Shown piece by piece: positions 29,308 through 38,937 of a stretch of 64,000 nucleotides of DNA. The DNA lies in the IMG/VR virus record IMGVR_UViG_3300043425_000840. One strand, 5' to 3'. The notes under the pieces are model-generated. The model saw nothing but the letters and a program-made list of their open reading frames with translations. It did not search any database and was not told the origin of the DNA. The stretch comes from a virus (lineage: Duplodnaviria; Heunggongvirae; Uroviricota; Caudoviricetes). Both the position numbers and the translations under genes were made by a program. The number at the start of each line of letters is the position of its first letter. The first letter of the stretch is position 1.

Positions 29308-29589
29308 ATGCCAGAATTTACGTCCGAAATTGACATCGACCCAAGTGAATTTATTGATGCTTGTAGTAAAAGAGAAAGAGATAGATTGATTGAGATATTA
29401 GAAGAAGATGGATATATCCAATCCTCTACAGAAACTACTGGTAAGAACAATGGTGTTCGCAGACCAAACATCAATGACCAAAGATTTTGGGATAGTCTTA
29501 ATAAGTTAGCTAAGTGTAGAGATTTACTTTCAATTGAGGAAGAAAACTTCATCAATAACTTGGGAGATAAATTCAAACATTTGCGTTAA
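29308..29589 (+). CDS. hypothetical protein (93 aa)
   Basis: ORF. Confidence 0.45.
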   Translation: MPEFTSEIDIDPSEFIDACSKRERDRLIEILEEDGYIQSSTETTGKNNGVRRPNINDQRFWDSLNKLAKCRDLLSIEEENFINNLGDKFKHLR

Positions 29590-30008
29590 TGTTGTCAATT
29601 GAAAAGAAAAGACTTCTTATCAATTTAAACGAAGAAAAACTTTTTAATCTTCTTAAAACTAAGTTGATTCCTGATTTGGAAAAGACTGACCAGTATAATC
29701 CGACGGATGCATTTAGTATTCAAAGAAAAAAAATCTATGAGTTAAAATGTAGACGAGCGGATTATTCTGATTTATTGATAGAAAAAATAAAATGGGATTC
29801 TCTAATTCAAAAAGGGTCCGTTTATTATATCAACTCAACACCTCGAGGTATTTTTTCATTCAATCTAAAAAAGATTGAAGAACCTAAATGGGTTGTTGGT
29901 ATGATGCCGAAAACAACTGAGTTTGAGAATACTAATAAGATACCCAAAGTCGTGGGGTATCTTGACATATATAAGGATGGTAACGACATTACAAATTTAC
30001 TTATATAA
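29589..30008 (+). CDS. hypothetical protein (139 aa)
   Basis: ORF. Confidence 0.45.
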   Translation: MLSIEKKRLLINLNEEKLFNLLKTKLIPDLEKTDQYNPTDAFSIQRKKIYELKCRRADYSDLLIEKIKWDSLIQKGSVYYINSTPRGIFSFNLKKIEEPKWVVGMMPKTTEFENTNKIPKVVGYLDIYKDGNDITNLLI

Positions 30009-30688
30009 TGAAAATTAAACATCCTTTAGTTAAAGGGAAAGTTAAAGAAATCAAACCAAAAATTTATTGTGTATTAGTTGATGACGACTATGACAGGGCA
30101 ATGTTGTTTTGTCGTTATCAAGAATTTTATGAATCTCCATACAAAGAGTTTAGAGGTAAAAAATTTAGTTGGATGGAGTATATGAGATTCTATAAAAGTG
30201 CTTGGAAGAAAAGGGTGTTCACATATCCAGAAGATTGGTCAGGTTATAATATCCCATCTAATGTGTTGGAGAAAGCTAACGACACTTTTTATAAGGAAAC
30301 AGAATATGACGAAGTAATGAATAACATTTACTTCTATTGTGCTCTTGACTCTCAACATAAAAATAATGGTACAAGTACACCTTGGTATTTAATCGGTGCT
30401 AGTAGTAAAGACCTAAAAACTTTAGACCACGAAATTGCTCACGGACTATACTACACCAATAAAGAATATAAGAAGGAAGTTGAAAAACTTGTCAGTAAAA
30501 TAAAACCATCACATTACGAAAAGTTAAAAAAGAAATTAATAAAGATGGGATATGTGGATGATAAAAAAATTATTGATGATGAAATTAATGCCTTTATGTC
30601 AACCGGTTTATACAACGGATTGGACACTAAAGAACTTAAAAAATATGAAAAAGGATTCATTAGTAACTTCAAAAAATTTACAAAATGA
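30008..30688 (+). CDS. hypothetical protein with HExxH zincin-like motif
   Basis: 'LDHEIAHGLYY'. Confidence 0.4.
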   Translation: MKIKHPLVKGKVKEIKPKIYCVLVDDDYDRAMLFCRYQEFYESPYKEFRGKKFSWMEYMRFYKSAWKKRVFTYPEDWSGYNIPSNVLEKANDTFYKETEYDEVMNNIYFYCALDSQHKNNGTSTPWYLIGASSKDLKTLDHEIAHGLYYTNKEYKKEVEKLVSKIKPSHYEKLKKKLIKMGYVDDKKIIDDEINAFMSTGLYNGLDTKELKKYEKGFISNFKKFTK

Positions 30689-31032
30689 AACATTACAGAT
30701 TCTATAAAGACAACTACGGATGGTTTATAGATATACCTGAATGGGAAGGGGAACGTTGGGACCTTCAAATGGTTTCAGGGGCTGACACTTTTTTGGAGCT
30801 TTTATCACAAGGTGAAAATGAAGTTTACGTGATTTTATCGGATAAACCATTTGAAAATTGTGAAGTATTGGAATTTGAATATTATGGAAGACTTGAGGCT
30901 TGGGAATTAGGTGAGGGGGGTTGGTACAGATTGATGTCATATAAGGGATTAAGTTATGATTTAAGTATGTGGTTATGTGACGTTACGAAGTTTGTTTTCG
31001 GTGATTTTCCCGATAGAATTTATTTTAGGTAA
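30685..31032 (+). CDS. hypothetical protein (115 aa)
   Basis: ORF. Confidence 0.45.
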   Translation: MKHYRFYKDNYGWFIDIPEWEGERWDLQMVSGADTFLELLSQGENEVYVILSDKPFENCEVLEFEYYGRLEAWELGEGGWYRLMSYKGLSYDLSMWLCDVTKFVFGDFPDRIYFR

Positions 31033-31084
31033 TTCTATAAAAAATACAATTTTTATGATATATATGTAATGTAAAAAGACATAT

Positions 31085-31501
31085 ATGATTGAAAAGTTTG
31101 AACCCTACCACCAACATCTTTTAATGAAGATTTGGGTTAAGAATCCCCCTAAAGAGGTAGAAGTTTTAAATAAATGGTTTGTTGACTTAGTTCACAAAGT
31201 TAAGATGGAGGTTGTTGGGGGACCAACAAGTGTTTACGTAGATTATCCTGGTAATGAAGGTTTAACGGGTACAGTAACATTAGCAACATCACACTCATCA
31301 ATACACATTTGGGACCACCATCAACCCGCAATGGTTCAATTTGACATTTACAGTTGTAAATGTTTCACATTACAAGACGTTATAGAACAATTTGAGCCTT
31401 GGGGAATCGTTGAAGCGGAGTGGGTTATGATTGATAGAAATAGTACCCCAGCCATTACGTCTGAAGGTAAATGGACACCTCAACCGGAACATATTGACTA
31501 G
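31085..31501 (+). CDS. pyruvoyl-dependent decarboxylase proenzyme homologue (SpeD/AdoMetDC-like)
   Basis: 'VTLATSHSSIHIWDHH' resembles the self-cleavage/pyruvoyl site 'ESH(L/S)(S/T)IHTWPE' of class-1 AdoMetDC; the size (~138 aa) fits. Confidence 0.55.
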   Translation: MIEKFEPYHQHLLMKIWVKNPPKEVEVLNKWFVDLVHKVKMEVVGGPTSVYVDYPGNEGLTGTVTLATSHSSIHIWDHHQPAMVQFDIYSCKCFTLQDVIEQFEPWGIVEAEWVMIDRNSTPAITSEGKWTPQPEHID

Positions 31502-31589
31502 ATATCCTAAAATAAATTGGAATATACAAGAAATTCACGTAATTTCGTGGTTGTTTAAAGATATATTTTGGTGCTTAAAATTTACGTGG

Positions 31590-31829
31590 ATGGCAACATT
31601 TATGGTCATCCCAACGTCAATCATTACAATTTATATTTTTATAAAGGAAAAAAATGGTAGGGAAAGTAACCTAACATTGTTGTCTTGGGTTTTTATGAAC
31701 ATCTTTTGGATGTTACACGAGTTACACAATTTACCATTTTGGCCCGTACAAATTTTTATGTTGTTAGGAATTTTTAGTACATTTAGAATAATAATTAAAG
31801 GAAGAAAAAATGAAGGTAATATTTCTTGA
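31590..31829 (+). CDS. small membrane protein; start at an internal Met of track ORF 31431
   Basis: 'MATFMVIPTSIITIYIF...' is hydrophobic. The track ORF would overlap 31085-31501 by 70 nt. Confidence 0.35.
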   Translation: MATFMVIPTSIITIYIFIKEKNGRESNLTLLSWVFMNIFWMLHELHNLPFWPVQIFMLLGIFSTFRIIIKGRKNEGNIS

Positions 31830-32406
31830 CCACGATGGTGTGATATGTTTAGCAACCGAGTGGGGTGGTAGAGTTAAAAAACAACAAAAAGCAAAACGCA
31901 AGTTGAGTCAATCAGTTTCATCTTTACCTGTTGATGTAAGATTCGATAATTTTAATAAAAAAGCTATTGAGGTATTAAATGAAATACTTGAAGAGACAGA
32001 TGCTGAGATTGTTGTTTCGTCTGATTGGAAAAAGTGGGCGAATGTTGAGGAGATGGGTGAGTATTATGAATCTCAAGGAATTATAAAGAAACCGATAGGA
32101 TTTACTAAAAGTGTGTCCGATTGTACTTGTTATAATGAACACACATTTGCTTGGTCACCAAGATGGATGTTAGAACAGGAACGTTCAATTGAAATTACTC
32201 AGTATCTACACGACCATCCTGAGATTACTCATTGGGTTGCTGTCGATGATTTGAATATGGGAATCCCTCAAGTTCACGAATCGTGGGGTGATATGGAAAT
32301 GGATTGGGGATTAACCAATTTTGTCCTAACAACTAGAAGAACTGAGGGGATAAAACAATCAGGTATTAAAGAGAAAATTTTAAACTACTTAACAGAAAAC
32401 AAATGA
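31810..32406 (+). CDS. HAD-superfamily phosphatase, 5'(3')-deoxyribonucleotidase-like
   Basis: Motif I 'VIFLDHDGVI' (DxDGV), motif II 'VVSSDW', motif IV 'WVAVDDL'. Confidence 0.5.
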   Translation: MKVIFLDHDGVICLATEWGGRVKKQQKAKRKLSQSVSSLPVDVRFDNFNKKAIEVLNEILEETDAEIVVSSDWKKWANVEEMGEYYESQGIIKKPIGFTKSVSDCTCYNEHTFAWSPRWMLEQERSIEITQYLHDHPEITHWVAVDDLNMGIPQVHESWGDMEMDWGLTNFVLTTRRTEGIKQSGIKEKILNYLTENK

Positions 32407-32606
32407 TGGAAAGTTATCTAATTGGAATTGGTTGCAGTTTTGGATTGGCAGCAATCATCTCATTTTTTTGGGTGAGGGGTATTGATTATATGCAAAAAAA
32501 TCACCCTGATTATAAAGGAGAAGATTTCTTAGATTGGAATATCGAAAAACCAGAAAAACCCAAACACCAACATAAGAGAAATATGGATTCTCATTATGGG
32601 TATTAA
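32403..32606 (+). CDS. small membrane protein
   Basis: N-terminal TM segment. Confidence 0.4.
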   Translation: MMESYLIGIGCSFGLAAIISFFWVRGIDYMQKNHPDYKGEDFLDWNIEKPEKPKHQHKRNMDSHYGY

Positions 32607-32633
32607 TTGTGATGTTCATATATTTATAATATT

Positions 32634-34229
32634 ATGAAAAGAACATTACTTGAGGAAATTACAAGAATACATACATTAACCTACGGAATATTATCGGAAG
32701 ATTTATTGGGTAAAGTAATGGAAGTTGCTTCAACTACAGGGACAACTCAAAACGGTACAGACCCAAAGAAGGCAGATACGGTAAAAGATGACTTAGCTAA
32801 CTTTTATGAAACCTTAGAGAAGGCTGCTGCTGGTGAAGGAATTACTCAACAAGAAAAAGGTTCAATAACATTTAAAAATGAAGTTGAATCGATGCAAATC
32901 GGTTTAAAATTATTAGGATACGAATTACCGAATTATGGTATTGATGGTTTATTTGGTCCTGAAACTGCTGCTGCGGTTCAAAAGTTCACAAATGATTATG
33001 TAACATCAGGTAGTACCAATACTCAATCAGGTAAAACAGTAAACGAAGCTGTAAACTTAACAAGTGCGGGTGGTGGTTCTTTGATTGGATATCCAGGTCA
33101 AGGTACCCATAGTGCTGAAGGATGGCCAAGTCATAATGCTTGGGATGTCGCAGCACCTGCAGGTACTGATGTTTATTCCATAACAAATGGAACGGTTACA
33201 GGATTTGTTAAAGGTAGTGGTGGACTTAAAAAGGTAGGTGTTAAAAAAATATATGGCGACCAAGTAAAAGTACAAAGTTCTGATGGTAAACCAGATGTTT
33301 TCTACACACATATTGAAAGTAATGTAAAAAAAGGAGACCAAGTAAAAGAGGGTGATGTTATCGGTAAGATTATGACATTACCAGGTATGGCTTCTCACGT
33401 TCACGTAGGTTTATCAAGTGGTAACTTAGCGGACTATGTAAATGGATTAACAAAGGCAACTGGAGGTTCAACAGCCTCAGGTGGGGGAAGTTCATTGAGT
33501 ATGGTTAAAGCATCAAAGGAGATGTTACTTAAAATGATTGAACTTCTTAAACTTAAAAATATCACAAAAGAAGATATTGCAAAATTAAGTAATGCATCTA
33601 TGAAAGGACTGAAAGGTGCGGTTGACTTAAAAGGTGTTGCAGCAACTGATTTTGAAAAAATGGCTAACATCGTAATTGATAATTTGGAGGGTGGTTATTA
33701 CCATCCTGATATGTTAGCTGACGGTAGAATCAAAGATTCAAGATATGGTGCATCGGGTGAGACTATGATGGGTATGGATAGAAAAACCGGTGGTTGGGAA
33801 ACACAAGGCCCCGATGCTAGAGAGTTTTGGAGACTAATTGATGAAGCGGGTGCAAGAACTAATTGGAAATATGGATATATGGGTGGTCCTTTAGAATCAA
33901 AACTTAGAGAGTTGGTTCCTAAAATGATGAAACCATTATTCCAAAAATATATGGGAAGTTATATGTCCGAACCGGCAAGAGCAATTGTAATGAGTGACCC
34001 AGGACTTACGTTTAATTTCGTGTATGCGGTATGGAATGGTCCGGGATGGTTCCAAAGATTCGCAAGAGTTATGAATGAAAAAGTGGCTTCAGGAATTACC
34101 GACCCTAAAGAACTTTTAAATATTGCGGTTGAAACAAGAAAGAATTGGAGTTCTTCCAATAAGGCATCTAACAGTCTAATTGCCCAAGGGGGTAGAAAGA
34201 TAGAGAAGATTGTTAGTAGTATGGCTTAA
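32634..34229 (+). CDS. peptidoglycan-binding M23 (LytM-type) metallopeptidase; virion-associated lysin or endolysin candidate
   Basis: PG_binding_1-like 'MQIGLKLLGYELPNYGIDGLFGPETAAAVQKFTNDY'. M23 motifs 'SHNAWDVAAPAGTDV' (HxxxD) and 'ASHVHVGL' (HxH). Confidence 0.8.
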   Translation: MKRTLLEEITRIHTLTYGILSEDLLGKVMEVASTTGTTQNGTDPKKADTVKDDLANFYETLEKAAAGEGITQQEKGSITFKNEVESMQIGLKLLGYELPNYGIDGLFGPETAAAVQKFTNDYVTSGSTNTQSGKTVNEAVNLTSAGGGSLIGYPGQGTHSAEGWPSHNAWDVAAPAGTDVYSITNGTVTGFVKGSGGLKKVGVKKIYGDQVKVQSSDGKPDVFYTHIESNVKKGDQVKEGDVIGKIMTLPGMASHVHVGLSSGNLADYVNGLTKATGGSTASGGGSSLSMVKASKEMLLKMIELLKLKNITKEDIAKLSNASMKGLKGAVDLKGVAATDFEKMANIVIDNLEGGYYHPDMLADGRIKDSRYGASGETMMGMDRKTGGWETQGPDAREFWRLIDEAGARTNWKYGYMGGPLESKLRELVPKMMKPLFQKYMGSYMSEPARAIVMSDPGLTFNFVYAVWNGPGWFQRFARVMNEKVASGITDPKELLNIAVETRKNWSSSNKASNSLIAQGGRKIEKIVSSMA

Positions 34230-34279
34230 TTATTTCTTAAAATTTTTCAATATTGTTTTGGATTTATCAAATATATTCT

Positions 34280-34287
34280 TATATTTG
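34280..34287 (+). promoter_or_regulatory. Bacteroidetes-type -7 motif (TAnnTTTG) immediately upstream of 34292
   Basis: 'tatatttg' sits 4 nt before the ATG, so the mRNA would be leaderless or nearly so. Confidence 0.3.
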
Positions 34288-34291
34288 ACTT

Positions 34292-34582
34292 ATGAACAAT
34301 TTCGATTTAAGACATATAGGACAAGGTGACCACATTGGTGTGACCACGTCAAAACCTGTCGAATTAAGAAACACATTACTTCTGACAGACAATACTGATG
34401 ACATAACACTAGACGTTAAGATAACCGCCGACTTCAGTACAATACCCGAAAAATATCACGAGGTTTTTTTAAATATAATGACATCAAAATACTATGGTAA
34501 GGTGTCGTTTGGTGATAATCCATTCTCACAATGTTTACCACCAAAAGAAAAGAAATGGTGGCAATTTTGGAAAATCAAATAA
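34292..34582 (+). CDS. hypothetical protein (96 aa)
   Basis: ORF. Confidence 0.45.
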   Translation: MNNFDLRHIGQGDHIGVTTSKPVELRNTLLLTDNTDDITLDVKITADFSTIPEKYHEVFLNIMTSKYYGKVSFGDNPFSQCLPPKEKKWWQFWKIK

Positions 34583-34857
34583 CTATGAAATCAGAAACTA
34601 AATTAAAAGGTGTCATTGTATTATTGACATTAATCTTATTGTGGATGACAGTTATGTGGAACAATGACATATCAACCATCGAAGAACAAAAATCCACAAT
34701 AAATGAACTCGGTATGAAAAATGATAGTCTACACGATGAACTATTCATTATATCTATTGAAGTAGGTAGACACGAGCTCACTCGAGACTTTTTCTTCGAA
34801 AAACACAAAAATCTTCAACTCGAATACGAGAATTACCTTAATCACGAAACTGAATAA
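34531..34857 (+). CDS. TM plus coiled-coil protein (lysis/spanin-like candidate)
   Basis: 'GVIVLLTLILLWMTVMW' TM segment followed by a charged helix. Confidence 0.4.
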   Translation: MFTTKRKEMVAILENQITMKSETKLKGVIVLLTLILLWMTVMWNNDISTIEEQKSTINELGMKNDSLHDELFIISIEVGRHELTRDFFFEKHKNLQLEYENYLNHETE

Positions 34858-34858
34858 A

Positions 34859-35005
34859 TATGTTTTTCTACATTGGAATTGGTATGATAGTGGTAGGTCT
34901 ATGGACTGCTTTTGAAATCTACAGAGCACCTATGATGGACGAAAACACAGGTAAAATTCTAAAACCGGGTAAAAAACTATCAGACCTATTCAAGAAAAAG
35001 AAATA
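34859..35005 (+). CDS. small membrane protein (48 aa; holin-like size), below the track cutoff
   Basis: Manual translation: MFFYIGIGMIVVGLWTAFEIYRAPMMDENTGKILKPGKKLSDLFKKKK. Confidence 0.3.
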
Positions 35006-35079
35006 AAGTTCCTATTGCTTTACTAATATAAAGAATTAAAGTACGTTTTGGTATATTTATAGAATAAAACCAAAACATA

Positions 35080-36381
35080 ATGGAATTTTTAACTAAAGAA
35101 TTTATATCTAAACTCATACTTGAAGAAGTTCAAAGCTATGAGTTATCGGAAATGGCCCTTAACGCTATGTGGGTTCCCTCTCAATTACCCCAACAAATGA
35201 CATTTAACGTGGATTCTATAAGAGGAATTCCTGTAAATGCTATTGATTCAAAGACAGGTGAGCAATTAGAACCAGGTATCATTAAGGCTCATAAATTGAG
35301 AACCGGTCCATTGGAACATCGATTACTACAATTTCTCAATTTAGAAAATGGAAAAAAAGAAACGAGATATATTGAGATTGACCAAAATAATAATGTGATT
35401 AGTACATTCACCGCACCACCGAGAACACCGAAGTACGGTACGAAATATGGCGGTGCCGTTGACACCGAAGTAAAAGTGGATAGAAGAATTGATAAATTAG
35501 CGGCAAGACAAAAGAAATTCGGTTGGAATAAAGAAGATGAGGAACAAAGAGCCAAAGTAAGAGAAAGACTTGAGTTAAGTGCGAAAGATGCTAGAGCTAA
35601 GAGAACACTTGTAAACCCATTAATTAATGCGTTCTTTAATCAAAAAAGTATAATAACACATTTGGATAAATGTGGAATTCCTGAATTAAAGGGAGAATCA
35701 ACTTTTACTGAACCAACATCAAACATTAATATTTTATCTCCATATAGAAATAAAGAATCTAAGTTTTGTGGACCTGAGATATACTTCAATTATCACACTG
35801 TTAGAGATGATGATGATATTCAAGACGCAATTGAAAAAATTCTTAATTTTAGAGGGTCTTTAGAGATGGGAGAAAAACCAAAAGGCAAGAGACCGGACCC
35901 AAGTAAAATGGTTAGAAATTATGCTGGTCAAGTTTACTCAGGTGGAAAGTGGGACCCATCACAAAGAGCATATGACAAATCACAATTTGAATTAACACCG
36001 GTTTATAAATTATTTAAACAAGCAGTTCAAAGAGGTGAGAAAGCATTTAACGTTATTTCTGACTTAACCGTTATTGGAAACGTTACAGGTGATGTTTATA
36101 AATTAAACGCAATATTCACCGCAACAAATTCGGTTAGAACAGTCCAACAAACATTCGCATCTAAAAGAGGAAATTTATTTGACCCAATTAGGGCAAGTGT
36201 AACATATCCACTTGGTGATATGGACCCAAATTCAATGAATTGTGTTGAGAATGAGGACATATTCAAACAACTATACTTAGAGTTATTCCAAGAATTAACA
36301 TCTAGAATTTTAGAGGTTAGTCCTGATAGTGTCCTTGAAAAATTATTAATTGAACCAAGCGACGTTACTAATCTTGATTAA
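35080..36381 (+). CDS. hypothetical protein (433 aa)
   Basis: Long ORF preceded by an AT-rich promoter-like region and followed (after one small gene) by a strong terminator. No motif recognised. Confidence 0.55.
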   Translation: MEFLTKEFISKLILEEVQSYELSEMALNAMWVPSQLPQQMTFNVDSIRGIPVNAIDSKTGEQLEPGIIKAHKLRTGPLEHRLLQFLNLENGKKETRYIEIDQNNNVISTFTAPPRTPKYGTKYGGAVDTEVKVDRRIDKLAARQKKFGWNKEDEEQRAKVRERLELSAKDARAKRTLVNPLINAFFNQKSIITHLDKCGIPELKGESTFTEPTSNINILSPYRNKESKFCGPEIYFNYHTVRDDDDIQDAIEKILNFRGSLEMGEKPKGKRPDPSKMVRNYAGQVYSGGKWDPSQRAYDKSQFELTPVYKLFKQAVQRGEKAFNVISDLTVIGNVTGDVYKLNAIFTATNSVRTVQQTFASKRGNLFDPIRASVTYPLGDMDPNSMNCVENEDIFKQLYLELFQELTSRILEVSPDSVLEKLLIEPSDVTNLD

Positions 36382-36410
36382 TAAAATATTATAAAAAAAA
36401 CATATATCAA

Positions 36411-36653
36411 ATGGGAAAGAAAATAGCAATTACCGAATCACAACTTAAAAATGTAGTAAAATTAGTCGAAGACTATACTTGGGATGAAATGTTGAAAAAT
36501 TACCAATCTAATAAAGAAAGTGAAGTTTCAATGTCTCGTGATGATGCATCTTTACTTACAAATTTAGCAATTAGATGGTGTGAAGGAAAGGACAATCTAC
36601 CTGATTGTAAACACGTTATGAAACTACACTCCAAACATCAATTATTTATGTAA
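36411..36653 (+). CDS. hypothetical protein (80 aa)
   Basis: ORF. Confidence 0.45.
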   Translation: MGKKIAITESQLKNVVKLVEDYTWDEMLKNYQSNKESEVSMSRDDASLLTNLAIRWCEGKDNLPDCKHVMKLHSKHQLFM

Positions 36654-36660
36654 AAAATTA

Positions 36661-36690
36661 ACCTCACAAATGTGAGGTTTTTTTTTGTTA
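36661..36690 (+). terminator. rho-independent terminator
   Basis: 'aacctcaca aatg tgtgaggtt' stem followed by a run of T residues. Confidence 0.65.
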
Positions 36691-36721
36691 TTCAAGAATA
36701 TATTTTATATTTGTATTTTAA

Positions 36722-36907
36722 TTGAATATTATGAAAAATACAAGTAAATTCCTTAAAGTACTCTTAGTGATGGCATCACCCGGATTGTTCATCATTTTTT
36801 ACCCAAAAATCAATACGGATTTTGGATTGTTGATTTTTTTTGTTATATTTTTTACATCTGTTATTCACACCTTTAATTTCATAAAAAATGATTTACGTAT
36901 CAATTGA
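36722..36907 (+). CDS. small membrane protein
   Basis: Hydrophobic 61-aa ORF; a TAnnTTTG motif lies at 36706-36713. Confidence 0.35.
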   Translation: MNIMKNTSKFLKVLLVMASPGLFIIFYPKINTDFGLLIFFVIFFTSVIHTFNFIKNDLRIN

Positions 36908-37553
36908 TATTGAGACATCCGGTCTTGACCACGAGAAACACAAAGTATTATCCATCGGTGCCATCATCGAAGATACTGAAAACAAATTACCGTACGAAGA
37001 TTGTCCTAAGTTCAATGCAGTTGTTCTTCAGAATGAAATCGTTGGTTCACCGAGAGCACTTACAATGAATAAGGAACTTATCTCTATGATTGGTGACTAC
37101 CTTGAAGGTGATGATGAGACCAAACAAAACCTCGACACCCATAGTGGTTATAGTTTCTATAAAGAAGATGATGTCGTTAAAGAATTCTATTGGTGGTTAG
37201 AAAGGAATGGATATTTCCAAGGAAGTAATAGTGGAGGATATGTTCAAATGGGTGGTGGATATCTTAAACCTGTAATTAATGGAGCAACTAAACCAATCAC
37301 ATTGAATGTTGCAGGTAAAAACTTCGGAACATTCGATAAACTATTCCTACAAGAACTTCCTTGGTGGCAAAAGTTAATTCGTACACGTCAAAGAGTATTG
37401 GACCCTGCAATCTTAATGGTTGATTGGGTGAACGATAAGTCATTACCAAATTTAACAACTTGTAAAGAACGTGCTGGGGTTAAGGGTATTGTTACACATA
37501 ACGCATTGGAAGATGCTTGGGATGTGATTGAAGTATTGAGAAAGTTTTATTAA
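36888..37553 (+). CDS. DEDD-family 3'-5' exonuclease (DnaQ-like)
   Basis: Exo I 'VSIDIETSGLD' and Exo III 'HNALEDAWDVIEVL'. Confidence 0.75.
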   Translation: MIYVSIDIETSGLDHEKHKVLSIGAIIEDTENKLPYEDCPKFNAVVLQNEIVGSPRALTMNKELISMIGDYLEGDDETKQNLDTHSGYSFYKEDDVVKEFYWWLERNGYFQGSNSGGYVQMGGGYLKPVINGATKPITLNVAGKNFGTFDKLFLQELPWWQKLIRTRQRVLDPAILMVDWVNDKSLPNLTTCKERAGVKGIVTHNALEDAWDVIEVLRKFY

Positions 37554-37555
37554 TA

Positions 37556-38152
37556 ATGATATTAAAGAGGTATTGGTATAGTGGAGGATTTAATATTACG
37601 GCACCATTAAAATGTGGTACTCGATGGTTAGCTGACTATACAGAACCTTTAGGATTTTCAAAGTACGAATCACATTATGAACTTAGTAAATTGTATATTG
37701 GTAAAGATAAAATAAACTATTTTCTTTATAGAGAACCAAGTGAACATTTCATAACCGCTTTACATACTGAAGTCCTAACATATGCTAGAGAAAAGAATTT
37801 AGAATCATTAAATTTAAAACCGATAGTTGATAGATTTAAAATAAATTATGGAGAACATTGGTCATTAAATTTATGGGAAAAATTGTACGAAGACATACCA
37901 AATATGGAGAGAAATTTTGATTTTGTTAATTTGAAAAACTTGTCAAAATTATTCAACAATAAGTTTCCACATAAAAAAGAAGAGTATGATTTTTTAAATA
38001 ATAAATTACACTTAACAAAACCAGAATTATTAATTAAACTTAAAAAAGAATATCCAAATGAGTGGATATATTTTAATGAGATAATAAAAAAAGAAACAGT
38101 TATTATGAATAAAGTAATATACCAATCAAAAAAAATGAATTATGGGTTGTGA
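37556..38152 (+). CDS. sulfotransferase-like protein, family member 3 (divergent)
   Basis: 'ITAPLKCGTRWLADYTEP' resembles the PKxGTTWL 5'-PSB motif. 'YFLYREPSEHF' aligns with the 'LLTRRNVKE' region of member 1. Confidence 0.35.
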   Translation: MILKRYWYSGGFNITAPLKCGTRWLADYTEPLGFSKYESHYELSKLYIGKDKINYFLYREPSEHFITALHTEVLTYAREKNLESLNLKPIVDRFKINYGEHWSLNLWEKLYEDIPNMERNFDFVNLKNLSKLFNNKFPHKKEEYDFLNNKLHLTKPELLIKLKKEYPNEWIYFNEIIKKETVIMNKVIYQSKKMNYGL

Positions 38153-38558
38153 CATTCACGGATTTATTGAGTATCGTAGTAAGGACGATAAAAGAGATGA
38201 ACCGCAATGGAATGCGGTTTCGGAAGAACTTAGTTTAGGTAGAAACTATAATGTCTTTGGTTATTTAACTGATGGTGCGGTTAGATATAACCCCGAATTG
38301 GAATTTGGTGTGAGACCAAAAGGATTACCAAAAGATAATCTAAGTTTTGAAGTTAGGGAAGCTAATGGTGATGACGAATACAATCATTCACATTCTTGGT
38401 TATCATTAAATGAATATGAGATGTTAATTGATGAGATGTTAAAGAATGAAGATGAAGATGTATTTGTTGGAACCGATTACCATCTTGTATTAGATATAAT
38501 GAAAGCACTTGACAGTCGCGGAATGGTTCCTCGATTTGTCTTTTGGTTTGATAGTTAA
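38142..38558 (+). CDS. hypothetical protein (138 aa)
   Basis: ORF. Confidence 0.45.
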   Translation: MGCDIHGFIEYRSKDDKRDEPQWNAVSEELSLGRNYNVFGYLTDGAVRYNPELEFGVRPKGLPKDNLSFEVREANGDDEYNHSHSWLSLNEYEMLIDEMLKNEDEDVFVGTDYHLVLDIMKALDSRGMVPRFVFWFDS

Positions 38559-38567
38559 AATTATTAT

Positions 38568-38888
38568 ATGTCATATATTATTGGAAAAAAATGTATTAAT
38601 TGTTTAGATACCAGTTGTGTATCTGTTTGTCCTGTTGATGCCATCAATGGACCAATTCATACAGATAGAATTGCTTCGGAGATTTCCACAATGTCGAAGG
38701 AAGAATTATTTGGTAAACAATTATATATTAATCCTGACACTTGTATTGATTGCGGTGCTTGTGAACCCGAATGTCCTGTCGATGCAATCTTCCCAACAGA
38801 AGAAGTTGCTGTTTCAATGGGAGACAAAGAATCGGTAATAACAAATTACGGGTTTTATGGGATGACTTATAAAAAATTCGAGCAATAA
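38568..38888 (+). CDS. ferredoxin with two Fe-S cluster motifs (7Fe/8Fe type)
   Basis: '[14 protein letters not shown]' (C-x2-C-x4-C-x3-CP) and '[12 protein letters not shown]' (C-x2-C-x2-C-x3-CP). Confidence 0.8.
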   Translation: MSYIIGKKCINCLDTSCVSVCPVDAINGPIHTDRIASEISTMSKEELFGKQLYINPDTCIDCGACEPECPVDAIFPTEEVAVSMGDKESVITNYGFYGMTYKKFEQ

Positions 38889-38937
38889 TTTGGAAATACG
38901 AAAATTATTCAATATATTTTAATAAAACACACTAACT

